Source: Octopus vulgaris (Eukaryota). From it: DNA of 64,000 bases. The position numbers and the translations under genes were made by a program. The first letter of the stretch is position 1. Each line of letters starts with the position of its first letter. Below the pieces are notes generated by a model. It saw nothing but the letters and a program-made list of their open reading frames with translations. It had not been told where the DNA came from and did no database searches. Shown one piece after another: positions 52,197-64,000 of the stretch. The stretch is taken from the NCBI GenBank assembly GCA_951406725.2, contig OX597835.1, positions 41,168,001 through 41,232,000 of the forward strand, in the 5' to 3' direction.

Positions 52197-52567
52197 AAGA
52201 GAAAGAGAGAGGTCTATATATCTAGTAATGTTAATATATTTTAATATCATCATCATCGTCATCATCATCATCATCATCGTTGTTGTTGTTGTTCTTGTTG
52301 TTGTCGTTGTTGTTCTTGTTCTTGTTGTTGTCAGTCACCAAGCACCATGACAATGAGGGAAGGGCATTTTTCCCTGCTGAGTTGAGTTTTTATTTATAAT
52401 TGACACAAATAAAGTAATGGCTGTATTTATTACCTTCTAAACATATCCGTACCCTCCCCCCACCGACGACGCTGCTGTTATGCAGTCATTATGACCTGTT
52501 CCATCGAATTCTTGTTGTGATTCAATTGGTTCTGAGAATAAAAGAGGGTAACCACAGAATTTGTATG

Positions 52568-52882
52568 ACACCACCATAACCACCACCACTATCACTGCTC
52601 CCCCGCCACCACCACCAGCACCACCACCAGCACCACCAGCACCACCGCCACCACCACCACCACTACCAGCACCACCAGCACCACTGCCACCACCACCACC
52701 ACCACCACCACCACCACCACCACTATCACTGCTCCCGCGCCACCACCACCACCACCAGCACCACCACCATCAACACTAGCACCAGCACCACCACCAGCAC
52801 CACCACTACCACCAGTACTACTACTACTTTTGCCATGACTACTATCATCATCATCACCGTCACCATCATCACCATCATCACC

Positions 52883-52914
<32 letters not shown>

Positions 52915-53012
52915 CAGCAGCAATAACAATAACAGTCAAAAACAGCAACAGCAACAACAACAACAACAATAGTAGCTACTATAACAAGAGCAGCAGCAAC
53001 AACAACAATAAC
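52568..53012. repeat. (CAC)n/(CAA)n trinucleotide field
   Basis: Direct inspection. Confidence 0.92.
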
Positions 53013-53560
53013 AAAGTACCTGTCAAATACTGGGGTTATTTAATCAAGTTAGCCCACTCCTTATATCATCAGGGACTGTGGGAAATTTCCCTTTATATAT
53101 CAGGGACTGTGGGAAATTTCACTTGAAAAGGAAATTGAGGGTGGAGAGAGAAGTGCTGTCCTCGAGTGAGTCTAATGAAAGGTGGGTGGAAGTTGTGAAA
53201 ATGGCAAGAGTGGATGGTACCTCTCTGAGTGTCAACCTGTGGAGTCAGAGAGAAGGAATTGAAGAGGGCACTTGCTCTTGAGGTTTCAGGGAAATCTTGG
53301 ACAGTGGGGTTCATTGATTATCCCTAGAATCCTTCCTGTATCAAAAGGGCCACGTCTCTATCATCCTCCCCACCACATATACTTAATTTCTTTTCTTTCC
53401 TTTTTTCTTATCATTTCATTATATGTAAACCCCCTCACTTTATGTCTGTCCTTGTATTGTCCCCTTCATCCTTTTCACTGGTGGCATATAAATGAAATCA
53501 TCCTCATCATCATTCTCATCATCATCATCATCATCATCATTATTATTATTATTGTTGATT

Positions 53561-54076
53561 GAGTGAGCAGTGCATGCCATCAAAATGACTCTGGGATAAA
53601 ATATACGAAGCCCTGTGCCCTGTATACCCATCATGATTACCCGTCTGATAAGGGTACACCAGGCACATGCATCACAACCATATGTGCGCGACATGGTGAT
53701 CTCATATCAAGATAAATAGTGCATGACCTTGCAGGTGGGGGCCCAGTTAGAATTTTCTTCAGGTTGAGTAGCCCATCCTGCTCAAAAGGTCCCTGGATAA
53801 GGTTTGTTTAAAAATGATGAATGAAACACGCATGTTTCCAGAGGTGAATTATCCAAACCCCAAAGAATCCCTTTAAACACATGGCTATGATGCTCCCCCA
53901 CTACTTCTGCTCGTGATCGGAGATGCACTTATCGTCAGCCACTGACAAGCACGTCTATGGTTTTGAGCAGAGTATTTGCTGTAGCCCGTCTTTTATAACA
54001 AGACAAAACAACGTACACGATAACACTTCCAATCAGTTAAGATCAGAAGCCATGAGAATCACTGTCTGGTACTGCA
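53561..54076 (-). mobile_element. Family D repeat in (TTA)n
   Basis: Homologous to 11201-11734. Confidence 0.85.
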
Positions 54077-54119
<43 letters not shown>

Positions 54120-54145
54120 GTAGTAGTAGTAGTAGTAGTAGCAGT

Positions 54146-54191
<46 letters not shown>

Positions 54192-54207
54192 AGGCAGTAG
54201 TAGTAGT

Positions 54208-54622
54208 AAGGCAGTGAGCTGGCAGAATTGTTAGCATGCCAGGTGAATTGTTTAGCAGTATTTTGCCTGCCTCTACATTCTGAGTTCAATTTCCACCGGG
54301 GTCAACTTTGCCTTTCATTCTTTTGGGGTCAATAAATTAAGTATCTGAAACACTGGGGTCAATGTAATCGACTTAATACCTATGTCTGTCCTTGTTTGTC
54401 CACTCTATGTTTAGCCCCTTGTGGGTAGTAAAGAAATAGGTATTTTGTCTGTCTTTATGTTCTGAGTTCAAATTCTGCTGAGGTCGACTTTGCCTTTCAT
54501 CCTTTCGGGGTCGATAAATTAAGTACCAGTTACTCACTGGGGTCGATGTAATCGATTTAAAACCTATGTTTGCCCTTGTTTGTCTACTCTATGTTTAGCC
54601 CCTTGTGGGCAATAAAGAAATA
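54208..54622 (+). mobile_element. SINE family B tandem dimer
   Basis: Same junction as 20013-20415. Confidence 0.85.
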
Positions 54623-55140
54623 AGTATTACACAAATAAATAGCTGGTTGTGGTTATCTAAAGATAACCTACCGCAGAAATATAATGTTAACACAAAATGC
54701 ACTCCATACTACTCGAAGATAGATATGATATTCTGATATTCAGGATTCCAGTGTTCAACTACCAACTGTTAAACCAACACATGTCAAACTAACACGGTTA
54801 ACCAACATTGATGAACTAACACTGTCAACTACCCCTTGACCGATCATTCAGTTCTTATTTATTGTAATAGGTTAGTCCACCTCCAGTCACATGGTGGGAT
54901 GTTCAGAATTTTCCCAAAATAATAAGTGACCAGGACCACTACTACTAAACCGAATGCCAATCTGACAGAGTTACTGAGTGCACTAGAGAAAAATGAAATG
55001 AAATCTTTTGCTGAAGAACACAATGGACCACCCAGTGCAAGAATCAGAACCATGATGTTGCAATTGTGAGTGCAACGCCCTAATCACAAGGCCATGTGCC
55101 TTCATGTCAACCTCACCACGTAAAATGTGTTGCTTAGTTC

Positions 55141-57377
55141 ATTATCATCATCATCATGGTTTAACACCCACTCTCCAAGCTGGCATGTGATGGATGGTTT
55201 GACTGAGGATTGGGAAGCCAGGAGGCTGCACCAGGCTTCAATCTGATCTGGCAAGGTTTCTACAGCTGGATGCCTTTCTTAACGCTAGCCACTCCAAGTG
55301 TGTAGTGGGTGCTTTTTACATGCCACCAGCACAGGAGCCAGTCAGGTGGCACTGGCAACGACCATGCTCAAATGGTGCTTTTTACATGCCATTGGCATGG
55401 GAAACAGTCAGGTGGCACTGGCATCGGCCACACTTGTATGATGCTTTTTACATGCGACTGGCATGGGTGCTAGTCAGGTGATACTAGCATTGGCCATGAC
55501 AATGATCTCACTTGACTTAACAGGTCTTCTCAAGCACAGCACATTGCCCGACGATTGAAGTGTACTCTTAAATGGGCCTGTTAAGCAAAACTGGCATAGG
55601 CCACAGCTACGATCTACTTAGCTTGCCAGGTCTTCTCAAGCACAGCATATCTCCAAAGGTCTCGGTTGCTTGTCATTGCCTCTGTGAGGCCCAACATTCG
55701 AAGGTCATGCTTCACCACCTCATCCCAGGTCTTCCTGGGTCTATCTCTTCCACAGGTTCCCTTCACTGTTAGAGTGTGACACTTTTTCACACAGCTGTCT
55801 TCATCCATACGTAACACATGACCATACCAGTGCAGTCATCTCTCTTATACACCACACCTGATGCTTCTTGTGTTCAACTTTTCTCTCAGGGCACTTACAC
55901 TCTGTCGTGTATGCACACTCACATTATACATCCAGTGGAGCATACTAGCTTCATTTCTTTCAAGTCTACACATATCCTCAGCAGTCACAGCCTATGATTC
56001 ACTGCTGTGTAGCATGACTGTTCGCACACGTGTCATACAGTCTACCTTTCACTCAGAGCAAGAGGCCCTTTGTTACTAGCAGAGGTAGGAGGTCTCTGAA
56101 CTTTGCCTAGGCTATTCTTATTCTAGCAGGTACGCTCTCAGATCATTCACCTCCACTACTGACATGATCACCTAGGTAATGGAAGCTATCAGCTATTTCT
56201 AGTTTTTTTCCCTGCCATATGATAGAAGCTGTTTTCTGCACATTTTCAGTGTTTATTGGCCCTGTACATCTGCCACACATAAAAACTATCTTCCCAGTTA
56301 ACCTTCCTTTGATATTGCTGCACCTCTTATGTGTCCATGGCTTACACTTACTACATCTTATAGAGTTTCTACCTACACATTTTGAACAGATCAAGCAGGG
56401 CCATCTACCTGAAGAGATATGTGATTTGTCTGCCTTCTTACTTACTAAGACTTTGGTTTTGCTATATTGCCTCTAAGGTACTTTGATTCTAGACCTTGCT
56501 TCCACACCTGAAACTTCTCTTCTAGTTCTGGTAGGGACTCAGCTATTAGAGCAAAATCATCAGCATAGAGGAGTTGCAGGGGCATCCTGTCTTAAGTTTC
56601 TCTGTTATTGCCTGGAGAACTATGAGGAATAAGAAGGGGCAGAGGACTGATCCTTAGTGGACCCCTATTCCTACCTGCAATTCTTCACTATACTTGTTGG
56701 CAACCTTCACCTTATTGACAGCATCCCTGTACATGGCTTGTACAGGTCTCACCAGCCACTCATCTATCCTTAGCTTCCACATTAACCACCAGATAAGGGA
56801 TTGGGGGACCCTGTCAAAGGCTTTTTCCATGTCAACAAAAGTAAAATACAAAGGTTAGGAATTTCTTCTGCAGCTGTTTTACCAGAAATATAGCATTAGT
56901 GGTGCTTCTCCCTGGCACAAACCCATACTGCATCTCATCTATATCAACTCTCTCCCTAATTAGTTGGGCTATGATCCTCTCCGTGACTTTCATCACCTGA
57001 TCCAACAATTTGATACCACTGTAATTATTCTTATCTAATGTGTCACCTTTACCTTTGTAGCAGTTGACTATGGTGCTGCTACACCAGTCATTGGGTATGA
57101 CTCTTTCATGAATCACTTGGTTGACTATATGGGTGACTAAACTATAGCCTACACCGGCAAATATTTTAAGCATTTCTGCAGTGATTCCTGATGGGCCATG
57201 GGGTTTCCCTGTCTCCATACCGTTAATTACTTTATCTACCAAGGTATTGTCAATTGAGATAGCTGGTCCCTCTGTTGGCTTGACATTTGGCAGGCTCTCT
57301 TTCTCCCATTCATTCTCTTCATTTAGCAACCTTTCATAGTGGCGTCTCCAAATCTCTCTCTTTGTAGCTGCATGCAA
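55141..57377 (-). pseudogene. 5'-truncated decayed RTE LINE (RT + 3' UTR + tail)
   Basis: EIWRRHYERLLN, GPSGI, YKGKGD, NYSGIKLL, MQYGFVPGRSTT, DMEKAFD, YADD, Cys cluster, RPRKTW. Confidence 0.92.
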
Positions 57378-57529
57378 AAATTGTTGTTGTATATATTAAT
57401 AGTTTTTGGAGAGTTTTTACTGTACAACCAGATACACCTCTGCATTCCTAATGACAGTGTGTAGTAATGTGTTTTGGAGGTGTGAGAATGTGTTTATGAG
57501 TCACATCGGTTTTTCACTATTGTTGTATT

Positions 57530-57838
57530 TCATCATCATCATCATCATCGTTTAACGTCCGTTTTCCATGCTAGCATGGGTTGGACGGTTCGACCAGGGA
57601 TCTGGGAAGCCAGAAGGCTGCACCAGGCCCAGTCTGATCTGGCAGTGTTTCTACTGCTGGATGCCCTTCCTAATGCCAACCACTCCGTGAGTGTAGTGGG
57701 TGCTTTTTACGTGCCAGGCGAGGCTGGCAACAGCCACGATCAGATTGGTGCTTTTTACGTGCCACCGGCACGGAAGCCAGTCAAGGCGACGCTGGCATCG
57801 GCCATGTTTGGATGGTGCTTTTTATGTGCCACCGGCAT
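57530..57838 (-). mobile_element. RTE LINE 3' UTR fragment
   Basis: Terminal motif plus (CAT)n. Confidence 0.85.
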
Positions 57839-59415
57839 TTGACTTTTGCAACTTCTGGAGCAATTTTAGTAGTTGTTTGTTGTATAAAATTTGTCTAGGT
57901 ACCACAAAATGCAACATGAAATGCATCTCAGGGTACATGGCATGTGTATGCAACAGTGTATTTTGGAGGTACTCCTTCCCTGTTGTTGTTGTTGTTGTTT
58001 TGTTGTTTCTGGTACTATTTTAATCTTTAGTCGTATATATGTATGTGTGTGTGTGTGTGTGTATGCATAAGCATATATATGTTTGTGTGTCTGTGTTAGT
58101 CCCCCCACCATCACTTGACAACCGATGTTGGTGTGTTTATGTGCCCGTAATTTAGCGGTTCGGCAAAATAGACTGATAGAATAAGTACAAGGCTTACAAA
58201 GAATAAATCCTGGGGGTCAATTATTTCAGCTAAAGGCGGTGCTCCAGCATGGCCACAGTGAAATGACTGAAACAAATACAAGAATAAAAGAATATATGTT
58301 GTGACCCCTGATCTGTTTCCAAGCAAGGTGTTTCCTTATGGTCAGACATGTTTCCTTTGGGAGATTGGAAAGAAACAACGTTGCTTACATGACAATGACA
58401 CCTGATGCCAAGACAACAATATGCACAAACATACATCACAACTAGCAAAGAGAAACGAATGAAGCATGCTGAGGCATTCATTCAGCAATGGATTATCAGT
58501 ATAGTGGCATAGCTAGAGTACATCCCACCCTGGCAGCCTTTGAGATAGTGCGCCCATTGCCCCCTACACAGGATAATAAAAAAAAAAACCCCTTCAGTCA
58601 AGAATGATCATTGGATTGCACCTAGAAATTTACCCTCTGAAGCACAATTCTTGGTAAGGTTTTTAATGGAAGACCAGTAGGTACCCATGCATACCAGTGT
58701 CTCCTCTCCATGCCATTGATGTTATCCAAAGGAAAGGGAAAGGGGTCGATTCAGCTTGGCACCAATGATGTCAAAGCTGATTTCTACGGCTGAGTGAACG
58801 AGGGCAATGTGAAATGAAGTGTCTTGCTCAAGAACACAAAACACAGCCTGGTCTGGGAATTGAACTTGCTACCTCATGATTGTGAGCCCAACACTCTAAC
58901 TACCAGCAGACCCAAAAGTGTCACTGTTCCATCAGCTTCTCCAATCCCTAGCTATGCTACAGTAACAGCAGCTGATTGGAATGGAATAGGATGTGAACAG
59001 TACTTATCAGTATTATTTCCTTGTCTGCATATCAAATTCTGGGCCTTGATGTCTTTTTGCCATGTTTTTCTTTATCATACCCATGGCCCCAATTATTATT
59101 GTTGTTGTTGTCGTTGTTGATAAGGTGGTGTGCTGGCAGAATCGTTAGCATGCCAGATAAAATGCTCGCTGGTATATTTTTCTAGCTTTAAGTTCTGAGT
59201 TCAAATTCCACCAAGATTGACTTTGTCTTTCATCCTTTCAGGGTCAATAGAATAATTAGCAATTGAGTACTTGGGTTGATGTACTCAACTAACCATCTCT
59301 TCCAAAATTTCAGGCCTTGTGCCTATAAAGCAGAAAGAATTATCATTATTAATGATGTCAGTTTTTACTCTCAAACCCACCACATCTTGTTGGTTTCCAT
59401 TTCAAGTTCTTGCTA

Positions 59416-60335
59416 TGAGGTGGTATCAAAAGGTTCCCAAACCAATTATGGTTGATAAAAATTAACTTATTTACCTAAGTTTTAATGTCACCTTCTTTAA
59501 AATAGTCACCTTGCTTAGCCATTCTCCAGTCCTGGCATTCCTACCACTTTTAGGAATTCTGCCTGGAAGTCATTTTCTGGAAGTGGGCTGAGGACCTTCT
59601 GCAATTTGCTCTAGACCTTGGCAACAGTTTTGACAACGGTGATCTTTGAGATGTATTTTCATCTTGGGGAAGAGGTGGAAGTCTACAGGGACTAAATTTG
59701 GTGAATAGGGTGGATGTGGAAGTGATACCATGTCGTTTTTGGTGAGAAATTCATGGGTGAAGAGAGCTTGGTGACAGTGTGCATTGTTGTCATGAAGAAC
59801 CCAATTCTTTGCGCTTCACATATCCACTCCCTTTCACCAAATGTCCTCCCCCAAACGCTTCAAAACGATGCAGTAAAACTCTTAATTGACAGTCCAGCCC
59901 TGGGGGATTAATTCTCAATGCACAATATCACATTTCCAGAGTTGACGCTCATGATAGGTCTTCCAGAATGTTCAATGTCTTCCAGAGGTGTTCTCCCACT
60001 TTTGAAGTGCCTGTGCCACTTGAAACATTACATACGACCCATTGCCTCATCACCGTAAGCTTGCTGAAGCATGCTCAATGTCTCTGTAGCAGACCTCCTA
60101 AGTTTAACACTAAATTTCATGTTGGCTCTTTGTTCCAGCTTTCCGTCCATGACAAAATCACAGACTACAGTACACACGTGATCACAAAAGCACAAATTCC
60201 ACAACTTGTGAAGTAAACACAGGGATGTCACTCAGCACACTGCTTCATGAAGGTCACTTCTAGCTCACACAATCATGTGCTGCCATCTGTTGGTGTGCTT
60301 CAGAACTAGTCTGGGAACTTTTTGATACTACCTCA
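59416..60335 (-). mobile_element. Internally deleted mariner element
   Basis: TGAGGTGGTATCAAAAGGTTCCCA / TGGGAACTTTTTGATACTACCTCA TIRs; LEQRANMKFSVKL..SATETL.ML..AYG and HPPYSPNL.P.DFHLFPKMK. Confidence 0.88.
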
Positions 60336-60971
60336 TTCTTTAATAGTTTCTTAACTTCTTTTCCATGTAATGTCTTGGTCGGAAATGATTGAGATATCTT
60401 CCAGAACACATAAATATTCCTCTTTGATTAAGCTATCTGCAAAAGTTTGCTTTGCTCTCCCTATCATCATGGTCAGGTGTACTTCCCCCACTTCCCAGAT
60501 TATCACAAGATTACTGTAACATCTAGGATTCAGTTCCTGATTATCTCACTTATTTTCAGTTAACCTATAACAATGTCAACATATTGTTAAATGATTTTAG
60601 TTGATTACTTAAGAATGTTTTTGATTATTATTATTATTATTATTATTATAATATAAGGCAGGGAGCTGGCAGACACGTTAGCACGCGGGACAAAATATTT
60701 AGCAGTATTTTGGCTGTTGCTATATTCTGATTTCAAATTCTGCTGAGTTTGACTTTACCTTTCATCCTTTTAGTGTTGATAAATTAAGTACCAGTTGCAT
60801 ACTGGAGTCAGTCTAATTGACTGGCCCTCTCCCCCAAACTTCAGGCCTTGTGCCTATAGTAGCAAATATTATTATTATTATTATCATAATCATCATCTTT
60901 ATGAAGGTAGCAGTGCATTGACAACAATGTCACCATGCTGGACAAAAATGCTTAGTGGTATTTTGCCTGTT

Positions 60972-61467
60972 GTATACCCATCATGACTACCTGTCTGATA
61001 AGGGTACACCAGGCACATGCATCACAACCATGTGTGCGCAACATAGTGATCTCATATCAAGATAAACAGCACATGACCTTGCAGGTGGGGCCCAGTTAGA
61101 ATTTTCTTCTGGTCGAGTAAACCCATCCTACTCAAAAGGTCCCTGAATAAGGGTTGTTTAAGGATGTTGAACGAAACACCCCTGTTTTCAAAGGAGAATT
61201 ATTCAAACCCCAAAGAATCCCCTTCAACACATGGCTATGATGCTCCCCCACTACTTCTGCTTGTGATCAGAGATGCACATATCGTCGGTCACCAAGGGAC
61301 ATGCTCAACTGGTTATGGTCAAAGAACTGACAAGCAAATCTGTGGTATTGAGCAGAATATTTGCTGTAGCCCATCTTTTATACCAAGACAAAACAATGTA
61401 CATGATAACACTTCCAATCAGTTAAGATCAGGAGCCATGAGAGCCACTGTCTGGTACTGCATCAGGG

Positions 61468-61469
<2 letters not shown>
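60972..61469 (-). mobile_element. Family D repeat (a second, truncated copy at 61746-62164)
   Basis: Homologous to 11201-11734; adjacent to (TTA)n. Confidence 0.85.
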
Positions 61470-61502
<33 letters not shown>

Positions 61503-61504
<2 letters not shown>

Positions 61505-61720
61505 TTTCCTTCTTTCTTCAAATTTTCTTCCTTTTCTCACCGAGTGTTTTCCGTTCACCTAGGGCAGAGGAGGTCATTGTATGCATTCCCAGATTACACA
61601 CGCAAATTCACAGGTAAAATATGTATTTAAAAAATTAATGAATAAATAAATTCATGAATGGATGTTGTTTTCACAGCGATAATGCTCTTCTCAGTACATG
61701 AGCCGTTCCAGTTAACATGA
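61503..61720 (-). mobile_element. R4/Dong-like LINE extreme 3' end inside (TAA)n
   Basis: MLTGTAHVLRRALSL* (61718-61671) followed by a short UTR and (TAA)n; TTA repeats on both sides. Confidence 0.7.
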
Positions 61721-62164
61721 TATTATTATTATTATTATTATTATTGAGTGAGAGAGCAGTGCATGCCATCAAAGTGACACTGGGGTAAAATATACGAAAC
61801 CCAGTATATCCATCATGACTACACGTCTGATAAGGGTACACTAGGCACATGCATCACAACCATATGCAGGTGGGACCCAGTTAGAATTTTCTTCTGGTCA
61901 AGTAACCCATCCTACTCAAAAGGTCCCTGAATAAGGGTTGTTTAAGGATGTTGAATGAAATACCCATGTTTCCAGAGGTGAATTATCCAAACCTCTAAGA
62001 ATTCCTTTCAACACACAGCTATGATGCTCCCCCACTACTTCTGCTTGTGATCAGAGATGCACATATCAGCCACTAAGGGACACGGTCAACTGGTTATGGT
62101 CAAACAACTGACAAGCAAATCTGTGGTATTGAGCAGAATATTTGCTGTAGCCCATCTTTTATAC

Positions 62165-62227
<63 letters not shown>

Positions 62228-63286
62228 CATCATCGTCATCATTATAAAGGTAGCAGTGCATTGACAGAATTGTTACCCTGCTGGACAAAATATTTAATAG
62301 TATTTCTTCTGGCTTAATGTTTTGAGTTCAAATATGATGGAAGTCAGTTTTGCTTTTTGGGGTCAATAAAATAAGTACCATTTGAGCACTGGGGTTGATA
62401 TAATCAATTAGACCCCTTTCCTCCAAAGCTTCAGGTCTTATGCTTATAGCAGAAAGAACCTTATTATCGTTGTTGTTATGCTGGCAAGATGGCAGAATAA
62501 TTTGTAGACCAGGAAAAATGCTTAGCAGTGTTTTTCTTGTTTTCTGGTTGTGAGTTCAAGTTCTGCCAATGTCAGCTTTGCCTTTCGTCCTTTTGGGGTT
62601 GAAAAAATAAGTACCTGTTGAACACTGGGGTTGCTGTAATCGAATGACCCCTTCCCTGAAACTGCTGGTCTTGTGCCAAAATTTGGTGGTGAGCTGGTAG
62701 AATTGTTTGAATGTCAGAAAAAACACTTTGAGGTATTCATTCCAATATTTTATGCTCTGAGTTCAAATACTATTGAGGTTAACTTTGCTCATTTATTGAC
62801 CTTTCAGGGGCATTTCTGGCTTTGTAGCTAACATCTAAGCACAATATTCTGTAGTTCAATTTTCATCTTAATTAAATTATTTTTCCACGATTTTTAATTT
62901 TTCTCCATCTTCTTCACAACTTCTCAACATTTACTTCAAGTTCTTTTTTTGATGTTTCCTGGTTCCTTCAAAGTTTTTTCTATTAGTTTCCCTTTCTTCT
63001 TTACAACATATTTTTGCAGACTTACAATCGATATTTTGTCCTAGTATTCTTGTTGCAGAAGGTTTCTTTACTTCCTCTATTCATGGTAAATATTATATTT
63101 CGATATAGGATATTGGTCAGTGTATTCAAAATACAGTCATTGTGTTTTCCTGTGTTGGCTTACTAATTCACTTAGAATCCAGTTGATAATGTAATATATA
63201 TATGTAATATAATAGAGTAATATAGTAATGATAATATATATACAAATACATATATATTATATATTATCTCTCTCTCTCTCTCTCTC

Positions 63287-63348
<62 letters not shown>

Positions 63349-63349
<1 letters not shown>

Positions 63350-63689
63350 CTACAAAATTAGAGAATGGAGAAACATACTTAAATCAATAAAACATCAACT
63401 ATCAGATGATACCCAATAAATACTTTAATACACCATTACATATCAGTAAAGGCATTATACAAAATATACAGTAAAAGTAAATAGACAAAGAGATATAAGT
63501 ATAAAATTTCAAATACATATTATATTTGAAATTTTATACTTATATCTCTTTCTCTATTTACTTTTACTGTATATTTTGTATAATGCCTTTACTGATATGT
63601 AATGGTGTATTAAAGTATTGATTGGGTATCATCTGATAGTTGATGTTTTATTGATTTAAGTATGTTTCTCCATTCTCTAATTTTGTAGT
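63349..63689. repeat. Near-perfect fold-back, 167-bp arms, 7-nt loop; part of an insertion extending to ~63861
   Basis: 63349-63515 is the reverse complement of 63523-63689 (two mismatches seen). Confidence 0.92.
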
Positions 63690-64000
63690 ATTAATTTACG
63701 GTAATATTATTACCTTTACCCATATAATACAATAGATGAACTGATTGTTTGGCAATTTTTAACATCTATGTATTAGTCTTGTTGGGTACCTATCTAGCAG
63801 TATATTGGATATATATTATCCCATGGTGGGTTGAATTTTCAACCCCTATCTCATTTTATAATATATATATATATATATATAAATATGTGTGTATATGTGT
63901 GTATGTATATATATGTATGTATATATGTATTCATATATATATATATATAACGGGAAGCTTTATGAAAATAAACAAAAGACGAAGGCAGGTGGAAAACAAA

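Noticed and set aside
53070-53340. Possible LINE remnant (73-aa minus-strand ORF)
   Set aside because: No diagnostic motif recognised

Overview
Eukaryotic, AT-rich, gene-poor (intronic or intergenic) DNA made up almost entirely of microsatellites and transposable elements. The repeat families look like those of an octopus or other coleoid cephalopod genome, which is an inference from repeat content only. No host protein-coding exon could be supported, and nearly all ORFs in the track are microsatellite or SINE read-throughs. Recognisable elements include several tRNA-derived SINE families, RTE, CR1, R4/Dong and HERO-like LINE remnants, four mariner-type and one DD41D-like Tc1/mariner element, hAT, piggyBac and other MITEs, a probable Helitron, and a Penelope-like (GIY-YIG) remnant. 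The most striking signal is a set of short Penelope/retrozyme-type insertions carrying minimal type I hammerhead ribozymes with palindromic helix III. One has a canonical core (51355-51413). Three others keep the tertiary 3-8 pair through compensatory changes: U3-A8 at 29728-29765 and 36308-36343, and G3-C8 at 16280-16330. In one case an inversion breakpoint sits at the predicted cleavage site. Coordinates were counted by eye and may be off by a few bases.
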